This document shows, one piece after another, positions 55,226 to 64,000 of a stretch of 64,000 nucleotides of DNA (its first letter is position 1; the number at the start of each line of letters is the position of its first letter). Both the position numbers and the translations under genes were made by a program. Source of the stretch: an uncultured Nitrospiraceae bacterium. GTDB lineage: Bacteria > Nitrospirota > Thermodesulfovibrionia > Thermodesulfovibrionales > Dissulfurispiraceae. Below the pieces are notes generated by a model, which was given only the letters and a program-made list of their open reading frames with translations, did no database searches and was not told the DNA's origin. The stretch spans positions 1-64,000 of the forward strand of contig CAMTVO010000001.1 in NCBI GenBank assembly GCA_947085205.1, read 5' to 3'.

Positions 55226-56140
55226 TTGCTTAAACTCCGTGACGGTATAATAGAACTGTATAAAAAGGTTGCTACATCCATTCCGAGCGATGTGGAGGAG
55301 GCGTTGAAAAACGCTCACTCCGGCGAGACTTCTCCTCTTGCAAAGGAATTTCTCAATGTTATTCTCCAGAACATCAAGGCCGCAAGGAAAACCGTCCGCC
55401 CCATATGTCAGGACACAGGGTTCCCTGTTTTCTTCATGAAGATTCCCAAAGGATTGAGCCATCAGCTTGTAAAAGAGGTAATAATTGATGCCACCCGCAT
55501 TGCCACACAGAAGATACCTTTAAGACCCAATGCCGTTGATGTTATAACCGAAAAAAACTCCGGCGACAATGTGGGGGAATACTTTCCAATGGTCTATACA
55601 GAGGAGACAGAAGAACAGTCCCTTGCAGTTGACCTCATGTTAAAGGGTGGAGGATGCGAGAATTTGGGAATGACTTATAAACTTCCTGTGACACTTAACT
55701 TTCAAGATGTTTTTAACTCCAAACTCCAAACGGTTCGACTGAGCTCGCCGAAGTCTCCAAACTTCGAAGTGTTAGCTGAGCGTGATTTTGACGGTGTAAG
55801 AAAGTGTGTTTTAGATGCTGTCTTTAAGGCTCAGGGCAAGGGGTGTCCTCCTTACACAATCGGGATTGCAATAGGCGGCGCAAAGGATCAGGTGACATTT
55901 CTTTCAAAGAGGCAGTTGATGAGGAGGATTCCTGATACGCACCCCAATCCCGAGATTGCTGCGCTCGAAACAAAAATTCTCAGTGACATTAACAGCTTAG
56001 GCATAGGCACCGCAGGATTGGGTGGCAAAACAACTGCCGTCGGTGTAAAGATTGCAGCAGCCCACAGACATCCGGCATCTTATTTTGTCGATATATCTTT
56101 TTCGTGCTGGGCCAACAGAAGGGGAAGACTGATATGGTGA
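55226..56140 (+). CDS. Class I fumarate hydratase / tartrate dehydratase, alpha subunit
   Basis: PICQDTG, PLRPN, KGGGCEN, GCPP, GIG..GLGG, SCWANRR. Confidence 0.92.
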   Translation: MLKLRDGIIELYKKVATSIPSDVEEALKNAHSGETSPLAKEFLNVILQNIKAARKTVRPICQDTGFPVFFMKIPKGLSHQLVKEVIIDATRIATQKIPLRPNAVDVITEKNSGDNVGEYFPMVYTEETEEQSLAVDLMLKGGGCENLGMTYKLPVTLNFQDVFNSKLQTVRLSSPKSPNFEVLAERDFDGVRKCVLDAVFKAQGKGCPPYTIGIAIGGAKDQVTFLSKRQLMRRIPDTHPNPEIAALETKILSDINSLGIGTAGLGGKTTAVGVKIAAAHRHPASYFVDISFSCWANRRGRLIW

Positions 56141-56775
56141 ATGAGTCAGCAGTAGGCAGTGAGCAGTCAGCAGTCAAAAAAATAAATACGCCCCTGTCAA
56201 AAGATGCCGTCCTGAAGCTCAAGGTCGGAGATATGGTTCTTATCAGTGGCAGGATTGTTACAGGGCGCGATAAGGTTCATAAATTCCTGTTTCACGACAA
56301 GCCTGGCAGGAAACAAATCCCATTCGAACTTGATGGGAGCATAATTTACCACTGCGGACCTATAATTACCCCCGCCCTCCCCCTTGAAGGGGGAGGGGTG
56401 GGCGGGGGTAAACTAATTGCAGCAGGACCTACAACGAGTATGAGAGTTGAGATGTACGAGGCAGAGGTGATAAAGACTTACGGCATAAGAGGCATAATAG
56501 GGAAAGGCGGAATGGGCGAGAAGACACTCGATGCAATGAAGGAATGCGGCTGCGTATATCTTCATACAATAAGCGGCGCTGCCGCATATCTTGCGGACAG
56601 GATTAAGAATGTGGTCGACGGATGGAAGATAGAAGAATTCGGAACGTCCGAGGCGATGTGGCTGCTGGATATTGAGGATTTTCCAGCAATAGTGACTATG
56701 GATGCGCATGGAAACAGTCTGCATAAGGATATAGAGAGAGTTTCGTTAGAAAGATTGAAGGAAATAATAGGATGA
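56134..56775 (+). CDS. Class I fumarate hydratase, beta subunit
   Basis: TGRD, YHCGP, AGPTTSMR, IGKGGM, MDAHGNSLH. Confidence 0.92.
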   Translation: MVNESAVGSEQSAVKKINTPLSKDAVLKLKVGDMVLISGRIVTGRDKVHKFLFHDKPGRKQIPFELDGSIIYHCGPIITPALPLEGGGVGGGKLIAAGPTTSMRVEMYEAEVIKTYGIRGIIGKGGMGEKTLDAMKECGCVYLHTISGAAAYLADRIKNVVDGWKIEEFGTSEAMWLLDIEDFPAIVTMDAHGNSLHKDIERVSLERLKEIIG

Positions 56776-57710
56776 AGTTTTTTATTGCCGGCGGCACGGG
56801 GTTTATCGGAAGGCATCTTATAAGCGCCCTGAGTAAAAACGGCTATAATGTGCGCTGTCTTGTAAGAACAGAAGAAAAGGCGAAGGTCTGCAAGAGCGTA
56901 GGCTTTGAGGCAGCCATCGGCGATATTACCGACAGGGAGAGTCTAAAGGAAAAGCTTGACGGATGCGATGTTGCTGTTCACCTCGTTGGTATCATTGAAG
57001 AAAAAGGTGACATAACCTTTGAAAGAGTGCATGTTGAAGGGACAGAAAACTTTGTTAATGAAGCAAAAAGGGCAGGAGCAAAGCACATATTTTATCAGAG
57101 CGCGCTCGGCGCTTCTTCAACTTCATGGTCAAAGTACTATAAAACAAAGGCAGAAGCAGAAGAGGTAATAAAGGAAGGTGGTCTCCCTTACACTATCTTC
57201 AGACCATCCCTTGTAATAGGGAAAGGAGATGGTTTCACAGAAAGGTTGAAAGAACTTATACGATTGGGACCGTTTGTGCCTATTCCCGGCGACGGAAATG
57301 CAAAGTTTCAGCCGATTTATGTGGGAGACTGGATAAAATGTTTTCTGAAGATTTTTTCTGATAATCCCCCCTCACCCCCCTTTAGTAAAGGGGGGATGGG
57401 GGGGATTTACGAATTTGGCGGGCCTGAACATCTCACATACAATGAACTGGTTGTTCAGCTTATGGAGGCTATGGGAATCAACAAACCCCTGATACATCTG
57501 CCGATAGATATGATAAAACTTAGCCTGCCTTTCTCCGGAATATTGAGGAAGATAGGCGGGCTGCTGGGTAAAAAAATTCCGACAGTTACCGGCGAACAAT
57601 TGAGTCTACTGCGGTTGGATAATATATGCGATATCAAATCCATCGAAAACAGCTTCGGTTTTAAGCCTCTGACTTACAGGGAGGCGCTGAAGTTGTTTGT
57701 CAAGGAATAA
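56772..57710 (+). CDS. NAD-dependent epimerase/dehydratase, NDUFA9-like
   Basis: GGTGFIG, HLVGII, YYKTK, FRPS, FQPIYVGD. Confidence 0.88.
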   Translation: MKFFIAGGTGFIGRHLISALSKNGYNVRCLVRTEEKAKVCKSVGFEAAIGDITDRESLKEKLDGCDVAVHLVGIIEEKGDITFERVHVEGTENFVNEAKRAGAKHIFYQSALGASSTSWSKYYKTKAEAEEVIKEGGLPYTIFRPSLVIGKGDGFTERLKELIRLGPFVPIPGDGNAKFQPIYVGDWIKCFLKIFSDNPPSPPFSKGGMGGIYEFGGPEHLTYNELVVQLMEAMGINKPLIHLPIDMIKLSLPFSGILRKIGGLLGKKIPTVTGEQLSLLRLDNICDIKSIENSFGFKPLTYREALKLFVKE

Positions 57711-57712
57711 AA

Positions 57713-58132
57713 CTATTTAACCACCAGCACCGGGCATTTTGAGTAATCGACTACTTTGGATGAAACGCTTCCGAGTAGAAATTTTTTTGTTCCGTGCCTT
57801 CCGTGCGAGCCTGTTATAATCAAATCAACCTTCATTTTCTGTGCTGTTTCGAGTATTTTTTCCGCAGGGTCGCCCTGTCTGATGAGAGTCTTGACCTCTA
57901 TGGATTTGCCTGACAGCGATTTCCTTATTTTTTCCATCGACTCTGATGTTTCACGCGAAAGGGCGTCAAAGATGCGGTTTCTGTCGACATCAGAAAGCTC
58001 TGTAAGATAGAGCTCAGGTATTACAGCGAGCACAGTAAGTGAGGCATTAAAGCTTACAGCCATCTCAACCGCTTTTTTCAATGCCTTGTCCGAAGATTTA
58101 GAGCCGTCGTGGGCTACAAGTATTTTCTGCAT
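57713..58132 (-). CDS. Universal stress protein
   Basis: ILVAHDGS, GSHGRHG..LLGSVS, CPVLVVK. Confidence 0.93.
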   Translation of the reverse strand: MQKILVAHDGSKSSDKALKKAVEMAVSFNASLTVLAVIPELYLTELSDVDRNRIFDALSRETSESMEKIRKSLSGKSIEVKTLIRQGDPAEKILETAQKMKVDLIITGSHGRHGTKKFLLGSVSSKVVDYSKCPVLVVK

Positions 58133-58148
58133 AATTTTCCTCCTTTTG

Positions 58149-59141
58149 CTAATCTTTCAGGTTTCTCACAAAATCTCTATTTTCAATATACCATTTAACA
58201 GTTCTCTCGACACCCTCTTCTATGGATATCTTAGGGGACCAGCCGAGCACTTCCTTTGATGAGTCTATATCCGCCCATGTAGCGGTTATATCAGCCGGAT
58301 GGAGTGGAAGCCATTGCATCTCGGCCTTTTTCCCGAGTTTATCTTCGATTAGATTGATTACATGCATGAGTTTTACAGGACTGTCGCTGCCGAGATTGAA
58401 TGTATCATAGCCTACCTTTTTAAGCCCTTTTATGGTTCCGTCGGCAATATCGTCTATATAGGTAAAATCACGCTTTTGTTTTCCATCGCCGAAGACAGGT
58501 ATGGGTTTCCTCATGTCCATGTTTTTTATAAATCTGAAGATGCTCATATCAGGACGGCCTGCCGGACCGTATACTGTGAAATATCTAAGGACTGTTGTAT
58601 CGATTCCGTACAGATAGTGATAGCTGTAACACATTGCCTCTGCCCCCTTTTTTGTAGCGGAATAAGGAGCCAGCGGATGGTCTGTATTGTCATAAACGCT
58701 GAAAGGCATCTTTTTGTTATCACCGTAAACGCTGGATGTCGATGCAAGGACAAATTTCTTTACATTGTGTGTCTTACAGCATTCAAGGAGATTCAGAGTT
58801 CCCTTTAGATTGGTATCGAGATATGCCCAAGGGTCTTCTACAGATGCCCTTACTCCTGCCCTTGCAGCAAGGTTGATTACTGCATCTATCGTGTAATTGG
58901 CAAATACTGTTTTGACCGCATCAAAATCGGCTATATCACATTGATGAAAACTGAAGCTAACTCTTAACTCTTCACTCTTAACTCGTAACTGTTTTAGCCG
59001 CCACTCTTTCAGTCTCGGATCGTAGTAATCGTTCATATTATCGACTCCTGTTACCATATGCCCCTGCCCTAAAAGCAGTTCAGAGACCTTATGGCCTATG
59101 AAGCCGCAGCATCCTGTAACTAATATGCGCTCATAGTTCAT
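58149..59141 (-). CDS. NAD-dependent nucleotide-sugar epimerase (UDP-glucuronate 4-epimerase-like)
   Basis: TGCCGFIG, LAARAGVR, YSATKK, LRYFTVYGPAGRPDM. Confidence 0.9.
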   Translation of the reverse strand: MNYERILVTGCCGFIGHKVSELLLGQGHMVTGVDNMNDYYDPRLKEWRLKQLRVKSEELRVSFSFHQCDIADFDAVKTVFANYTIDAVINLAARAGVRASVEDPWAYLDTNLKGTLNLLECCKTHNVKKFVLASTSSVYGDNKKMPFSVYDNTDHPLAPYSATKKGAEAMCYSYHYLYGIDTTVLRYFTVYGPAGRPDMSIFRFIKNMDMRKPIPVFGDGKQKRDFTYIDDIADGTIKGLKKVGYDTFNLGSDSPVKLMHVINLIEDKLGKKAEMQWLPLHPADITATWADIDSSKEVLGWSPKISIEEGVERTVKWYIENRDFVRNLKD

Positions 59142-59193
59142 AGCTCATAGCTCATGGTTTTCACTATGAGCCATCAGCTATCAGCGATGAGCT
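59129..59193. repeat. Inverted heptamer arrays (GCTCATA / CTATGAG-CTATCAG)
   Basis: Same repeat type as 29538-29613 and 51073-51140; contains the epimerase start codon. Confidence 0.75.
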
Positions 59194-59211
59194 AAGGTAT
59201 TTTACCATATT

Positions 59212-60546
59212 TCATCGGGACTTAACATGAATCCTTATGGGCGTGCCTTTGAATGAGTAGGCTTCACGTAAAGACTTCTCTATATACCTGAGGTGATGGT
59301 CTTTGACGCCTGAGGGGTAATTTACAAATATTGTAAACGCAGGCGGCTTTACCCCGACCTGTGTGATATAGAAGAACTTCAGCTCTTTTCCCCTGTATGA
59401 AGGGAACGGCTTTTCAGAGAGAATTCCCGACAGAAACTTGTTTAGTTCTGCCGTCGGTATCCTTTTCTCCCTCTCTGAGATAATTTCGTCTATAATCGGG
59501 AATATCTTTGTTATCCTTTTTTTTCCGAGGCCGGATATGGTTATGCAAGGCGCATAGTCTATGAACCACATTTTATTTTTCAGTTCCTGCATAATTTTCT
59601 TGTACTCTGCATCAGGCTCTTTTACCAAATCCCATTTGTTCAGCAGAAAGATTCCGCCCTTTCCGTACTCTTTGACCAAGCCTGCTATTTTTTTATCCTG
59701 CTCGACTAGGCCTTCTGATGCATCGAATATTACTATGACAACATCGGCCTTTTCTATGCTCCTGATTGCCCTGACAACAGAGAATCTTTCTATGGAGTAT
59801 ATCTTGCCCCTTCTCCGTATTCCTGCAGGGTCGATGAACAGGTATTTTTTCCCGTAGTAACTGCAGACAGAGTCTATGGAATCTCTTGTCGTTCCGGGCA
59901 CGGGGCTGACTATAAGTCTCTTTTTTCCCAAAAGCGAGTTTATCAGTGTGGATTTCCCTACATTCGGTCTTCCTACCACAGCAATCTTAGGCATATCTTC
60001 TCCGGCAGGAGGCATATCTTCTCCGGTAGTGACACCAGAAACAATCTTATCCATAAATTCATCGAAACCATAGCCTGTTTCGGCAGATACCGGTATAATC
60101 TCAGCAGCGCCGATTCTGTAAAATTCGAACAGCCTGTCTTCTTTTGAAGGGGTGTCTATTTTGTTTGCGACCCAGAAGATTTTTTTCCCCGATTCCCTGA
60201 GGATATTTGCCATCTCTGCATCAGAGGGATTGAGTCCCTCTTTTCCATCGAGCAGATGGATTATTATATCAGCCTCTTCAATTGCGAACAGCGCCTGTTC
60301 CCTGACCTGCCGGACCATCTCTTTGTCCTCATGAGGCATCCCTTCTGCATAAAACCCGCCGGTATCGACAACCATGAACCTCTTGCCGTTCCATTCGGTC
60401 TCCGCATAGTTTCTGTCCCTTGTAACTCCTGGGATACTCTCGGTGATAGCGGTGGATTTTGTGCGGTCCGCACCCATCCGTATCATGCGGTTAAAGAGGG
60501 TCGATTTCCCTACATTAGCCCTTCCTACAATAGCAATTATGTTCAT
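59212..60546 (-). CDS. der: Ribosome biogenesis GTPase Der (EngA)
   Basis: Two GTPase domains (GRANVGKS, GRPNVGKS, GTTRD) and KH-like C-terminus GTPIRI. Confidence 0.96.
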   Translation of the reverse strand: MNIIAIVGRANVGKSTLFNRMIRMGADRTKSTAITESIPGVTRDRNYAETEWNGKRFMVVDTGGFYAEGMPHEDKEMVRQVREQALFAIEEADIIIHLLDGKEGLNPSDAEMANILRESGKKIFWVANKIDTPSKEDRLFEFYRIGAAEIIPVSAETGYGFDEFMDKIVSGVTTGEDMPPAGEDMPKIAVVGRPNVGKSTLINSLLGKKRLIVSPVPGTTRDSIDSVCSYYGKKYLFIDPAGIRRRGKIYSIERFSVVRAIRSIEKADVVIVIFDASEGLVEQDKKIAGLVKEYGKGGIFLLNKWDLVKEPDAEYKKIMQELKNKMWFIDYAPCITISGLGKKRITKIFPIIDEIISEREKRIPTAELNKFLSGILSEKPFPSYRGKELKFFYITQVGVKPPAFTIFVNYPSGVKDHHLRYIEKSLREAYSFKGTPIRIHVKSR

Positions 60547-60619
60547 AGGTTTTCCATTGTTCCAATACTCCATCACTCCAATTCTTTTTACCTAAATTGA
60601 GCGATTCTAATCATAGAAA

Positions 60620-60784
60620 TATGAGTCAGGTGCTGCGAAAAGACTTTAAACCACGCACTTGTAAATTCATCGTCTTGTATTCGTCATCCGCGTCGGTGGT
60701 CTCTTGTTTAGTGATACTTTTATAATCTCTCATATACACTGAAATCAACACTTTTTAAAGTCTTTGAGCAGTGCCTGACTCATA
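60620..60784. mobile_element. MITE-like element, family ATGA..CAGG, copy 3
   Basis: TATGAGTCAGG..AAAGACTTTAAA / TTTAAAGTCTTT..CCTGACTCATA imperfect ~30-bp terminal inverted repeat. Confidence 0.68.
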
Positions 60785-60803
60785 AAATCGCTTAACTTAG
60801 GTT

Positions 60804-62171
60804 TTAGTTTTTCGGTTCCGCAATATCGTATGCCTTAATTTTTTTGTGGAGATTGCTTCTCTCTACATCGATAGCCGCTGCTGTCCTGGACACATTCCAG
60901 TTGTTTTCCTGAAGCTTTATTTTTATGAAGCACTTCTCGAATGAATCGCGTGCGTCTTTGAGCGTCGTGTAAGAGAAATAATCGTATTCCTTCGATTCCG
61001 GTTGGCCGAACATTCCTAATATATCCACATCGCCTTTTGTGATTATATTGGACGGCGCCATTATCATTAGCCGTTCGACGGCATTTTTCAGCTCCCTTAT
61101 ATTACCCGGCCAGTCGTAATCCTGAAACAGCTTCACCACTTCCGGAGTGATCTCTTTAGGTTTCGCGCCGTTTTCTGATGAAAATGTCCCGATAAGATAT
61201 TGTATTAACTGCGGTATATCCTCGCGCCTTTCCTTCAAAGGCGGGATTGTTATCGGGATAACATTCAGCCTGAAATAAAGGTCTTCCCTGAAGTTTCCGT
61301 TTCTTGCCTCCTCCTGAAGGTTTTTGTTCGTGGCTGCAATAATCCTTACGTCGACCTTTATATTCTTGCTGCCTCCGACCCTCTGAAATACCTGCGTCTC
61401 TATTACCCTCAGCACCTTTGCCTGCGTCTGCAAAGTCATATCGCCTATCTCATCTAAAAAGAGCGTTCCTTTATCGGCAAGCTCGAACTTGCCGCTCTTT
61501 CTCTCTGCAGCACCTGTAAAGGCTCCTTTTTCGTGGCCGAACAGTTCGCTCTCGATTAACTCCTGCGGTATCGCTGCACAATTCACCTCGATAAACGGTC
61601 CATCGGAACGTTGACTCTTTTCATGCAGCAGCCTTGCCACAAGCTCTTTTCCTGTTCCACTTTCGCCGAGTATTAGCACCCTGCTGCTGCTCTGAGCAGC
61701 CATCTCTATCTGCTGCTTTAAGAGCCGCATCTTTTCCGAGTCGCCTATTAATCTGTATTTCTTGATCAGGTTCTCTTTTAAAGAGCGGTTTTCTTCCTCG
61801 AGGCTTTTGCGCTCAAGCGCACGCTTGGCGGCTATCAGCACTTTTTCAAGAGACAGAGGCTTTTCTAAGAAGTCATATGCGCCGAGCCTTGTGGCCTTAA
61901 CTGCAATCTCGATATTGCCGTGCCCGGAGATCATAATTACAGGTATTCCGACGTCTGTTTCCTTTAATTTAGACAATGTTTCGATGCCGTCCATTTCAGG
62001 AAGCCAGACATCGAGGAATACGATGTCCGGCATGTGGTCCCTTGCTGCTGCCAATGCCTCTTCGCCTGACGAGGCGGTCAGCACGTCATAGCCTTCGTCT
62101 TCCAGTATGCCTGAGAGGCTTTCCCTTATGCCTTCCTCGTCGTCTACTATCAAGACTGATTTCTTGGACAT
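60804..62171 (-). CDS. ntrX: NtrX-like sigma54-type response regulator
   Basis: ISGHGNIEIAV, GESGTGKE, GAFTGA, ERSNLHKK; paired with an NtrY-like kinase. Confidence 0.8.
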   Translation of the reverse strand: MSKKSVLIVDDEEGIRESLSGILEDEGYDVLTASSGEEALAAARDHMPDIVFLDVWLPEMDGIETLSKLKETDVGIPVIMISGHGNIEIAVKATRLGAYDFLEKPLSLEKVLIAAKRALERKSLEEENRSLKENLIKKYRLIGDSEKMRLLKQQIEMAAQSSSRVLILGESGTGKELVARLLHEKSQRSDGPFIEVNCAAIPQELIESELFGHEKGAFTGAAERKSGKFELADKGTLFLDEIGDMTLQTQAKVLRVIETQVFQRVGGSKNIKVDVRIIAATNKNLQEEARNGNFREDLYFRLNVIPITIPPLKERREDIPQLIQYLIGTFSSENGAKPKEITPEVVKLFQDYDWPGNIRELKNAVERLMIMAPSNIITKGDVDILGMFGQPESKEYDYFSYTTLKDARDSFEKCFIKIKLQENNWNVSRTAAAIDVERSNLHKKIKAYDIAEPKN

Positions 62172-62260
62172 TATCAACTCCTTATACGTTATAGCGTTCA
62201 GCGTCAAGCGTTATAGCGTAAAATATTATCTATAACTCTATAACTCTACTCTATAACTCA

Positions 62261-64000
62261 CTACGCTATAGGTATTTCCACGGTAAAGATACTTCCTTTT
62301 GGATTATTGTCTCTAATCAGAATTCTTCCTCCGTGGTCAGTCACTATCTTGTTCGCTATGGCAAGGCCGAGACCAGTGCCATCCTTCCTCTTGGAGAAGT
62401 AAGGAATAAAGAGTTTTTCCTTTTCTTCATCGCTAATCCCCGGCCCTGTATCCGCAATATCGATTACTACACTATTTTCGTTCATTTTCACGGAAATATC
62501 AATGACTCCTCTGCCGCTCATTGCATTTATGGCATTATCTATAATATTTATCAGCGCCCTTTTGAACTGCTCAACATCGATATTGACGGACGGAATCCCT
62601 TCCTGCATCGCAATATCTATCTCCAGATACCTGAATCCTCTGTACAAAGACACCGCATCGTCTATCAACTCAATTAGATTCGCAGGAGCCTTGTTTACTT
62701 CAGGCATTCTGCCGTACCTTGAAAAGACATCGACGAGTCTTTTCAGGCTCTCGACCTCTGTAATAATTGTCTTCGTCGATTTTTCGAATACTGCATTGAA
62801 GTCCTCATCCTTTTGCTGCCACTTTTTTATAAGACGTTCTGTTGAAAGCTTGATCGGCGTGAGGGGATTTTTAATCTCGTGCGCGATTCTCCTTGCTACT
62901 TCCTGCCAAGTTATTGCCTTCTGCGCCTTAATGATGTCGGTCAGGTCGTCAAAGACAACTAACATGCCGAGAGAGCCGGACGTATAGGATTCCCTTATCC
63001 CGGATATGTAAACTATCAGTGTGAGCATCTTGCCTTCGATGTTTACCTTCACCTCTTTCTTTATCTCCCTTATCTTTTTGCCTTCCATATCTTTAACCAT
63101 CTGTGTTAGATCTTCTGAATTTAGTCCTGCAATGAAATCCTTGTAGTCCTTGTCTATTATATCTTCCTGTCTTGCATTCAGTATGGAACAGGCTGCCTTG
63201 TTGAAGGTCAAAATCTTTCCGGTATTGTCGAGGAATATTACTCCTGAGTTGATGTTTTCGAGGATGTTTTCGAGATAGAGTCTTCTTTTGTCCGATTCCG
63301 TATAAGCCTTTTCAAGCGAATCCTTGCTGTCCTTTAATTGCTTCACCATCTGGTTGAATGAATTGATCAAAAGACCGACCTCATCCTCACTTTTTACATC
63401 GACCTGCACATCCAGATCGCCTGATGCAACCCTTTCTGTCGCCATTGCAAGGCTCTGAATAGGGATTGTGATGCCCCTCGATATCTTTAGCGAAACCCAT
63501 AATCCGGTAAAGACCATCATAAGGGTCAAAAAGCCTAAAATAAGTATGTAGTTAAGTCTCAGAGGCTCTTTTAGGGATTCGAGTTTTAAGTAGTCCTCGT
63601 AGAGGTTTTGTATTCTTTCCGTCTTTTCCGAAAAGGCCTTTGGAAGGATAAAATCAACTACTATTACTCCGCCCTTTGAACGGTCAGGCACAGCAGCCCT
63701 TATGATGTCGCCTGTGTCTTTTGAAATGACCTCTGTGCCTTCGTTTCCGTGCAACGCGTCCTTAATTATATCTGTAGCATTTGGCGGAAGACCGGCATAG
63801 CGGTGAACCGACATGTCCGGCGGAAGCGGCTGTTTGCCGGCAGCGGCGAATCTTGCCGCTTTCAGCACCCGTTCTCTTTCGAGGTCGTAAAACTCCCTTG
63901 CAAGCTCGACCGACTTCTGGAAAGGCTCTTTCATCTGTGGAGAAAAGATGCGGCTGATATAATTGGTTGCAAGGCCGCTCGCAGCAACAAACAGGAAGGC
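62261..64000 (-). CDS. ntrY: NtrY-like HAMP-PAS histidine kinase (5' end outside the window)
   Basis: WQEVARRIAHEIKNPLTPIKLSTERL; frame stays open to the window edge. Confidence 0.82.
   Translation of the reverse strand, partial: AFLFVAASGLATNYISRIFSPQMKEPFQKSVELAREFYDLERERVLKAARFAAAGKQPLPPDMSVHRYAGLPPNATDIIKDALHGNEGTEVISKDTGDIIRAAVPDRSKGGVIVVDFILPKAFSEKTERIQNLYEDYLKLESLKEPLRLNYILILGFLTLMMVFTGLWVSLKISRGITIPIQSLAMATERVASGDLDVQVDVKSEDEVGLLINSFNQMVKQLKDSKDSLEKAYTESDKRRLYLENILENINSGVIFLDNTGKILTFNKAACSILNARQEDIIDKDYKDFIAGLNSEDLTQMVKDMEGKKIREIKKEVKVNIEGKMLTLIVYISGIRESYTSGSLGMLVVFDDLTDIIKAQKAITWQEVARRIAHEIKNPLTPIKLSTERLIKKWQQKDEDFNAVFEKSTKTIITEVESLKRLVDVFSRYGRMPEVNKAPANLIELIDDAVSLYRGFRYLEIDIAMQEGIPSVNIDVEQFKRALINIIDNAINAMSGRGVIDISVKMNENSVVIDIADTGPGISDEEKEKLFIPYFSKRKDGTGLGLAIANKIVTDHGGRILIRDNNPKGSIFTVEIPIA

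Noticed and set aside
55003..55233. 76-aa ORF between the acsE-like and fumarase genes
   Set aside because: It spans a MITE and has no plausible start signal.
381..62987. Numerous short antisense or overlapping ORFs in the six-frame track
   Set aside because: They are shadows of well-supported genes on the other strand or frame, with no recognisable motifs.

Overview
Bacterial chromosomal window; gene content and style suggest Nitrospirota (Thermodesulfovibrionia-like), which is an inference. The first 35 kb is mostly housekeeping: pstCAB-phoU, lgt, groESL with CIRCE, mltG, ispG, dpp permeases, glnE, tRNA-Leu(CAA), mfd, aroKB, phoBR and hcp, plus a sigma54-controlled multiheme cytochrome c next to a two-component system. 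From 35 to 54 kb lies an MSHA-like type IV pilus locus: assembly operon, two tandem pilins behind a candidate c-di-GMP-II riboswitch, a PglL-like O-oligosaccharyltransferase and a large Ig-domain pilin-like adhesin. It is interleaved with small Uma2, PIN, HicAB and HEPN-MNT modules, and the HicAB module is bracketed by a duplicated prepilin 5' end. The window ends with an acsE-like gene, fumarate hydratase, epimerases, usp, der and ntrYX-like genes. Several families of small repeats are scattered throughout (7-8 bp tandem arrays, G/C hairpins, MITE-like elements). Many sit in frame inside conserved proteins or supply their start or stop codons. No CRISPR array, integrase or transposase was seen. 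All family assignments are from motif recognition by eye, not from database searches.
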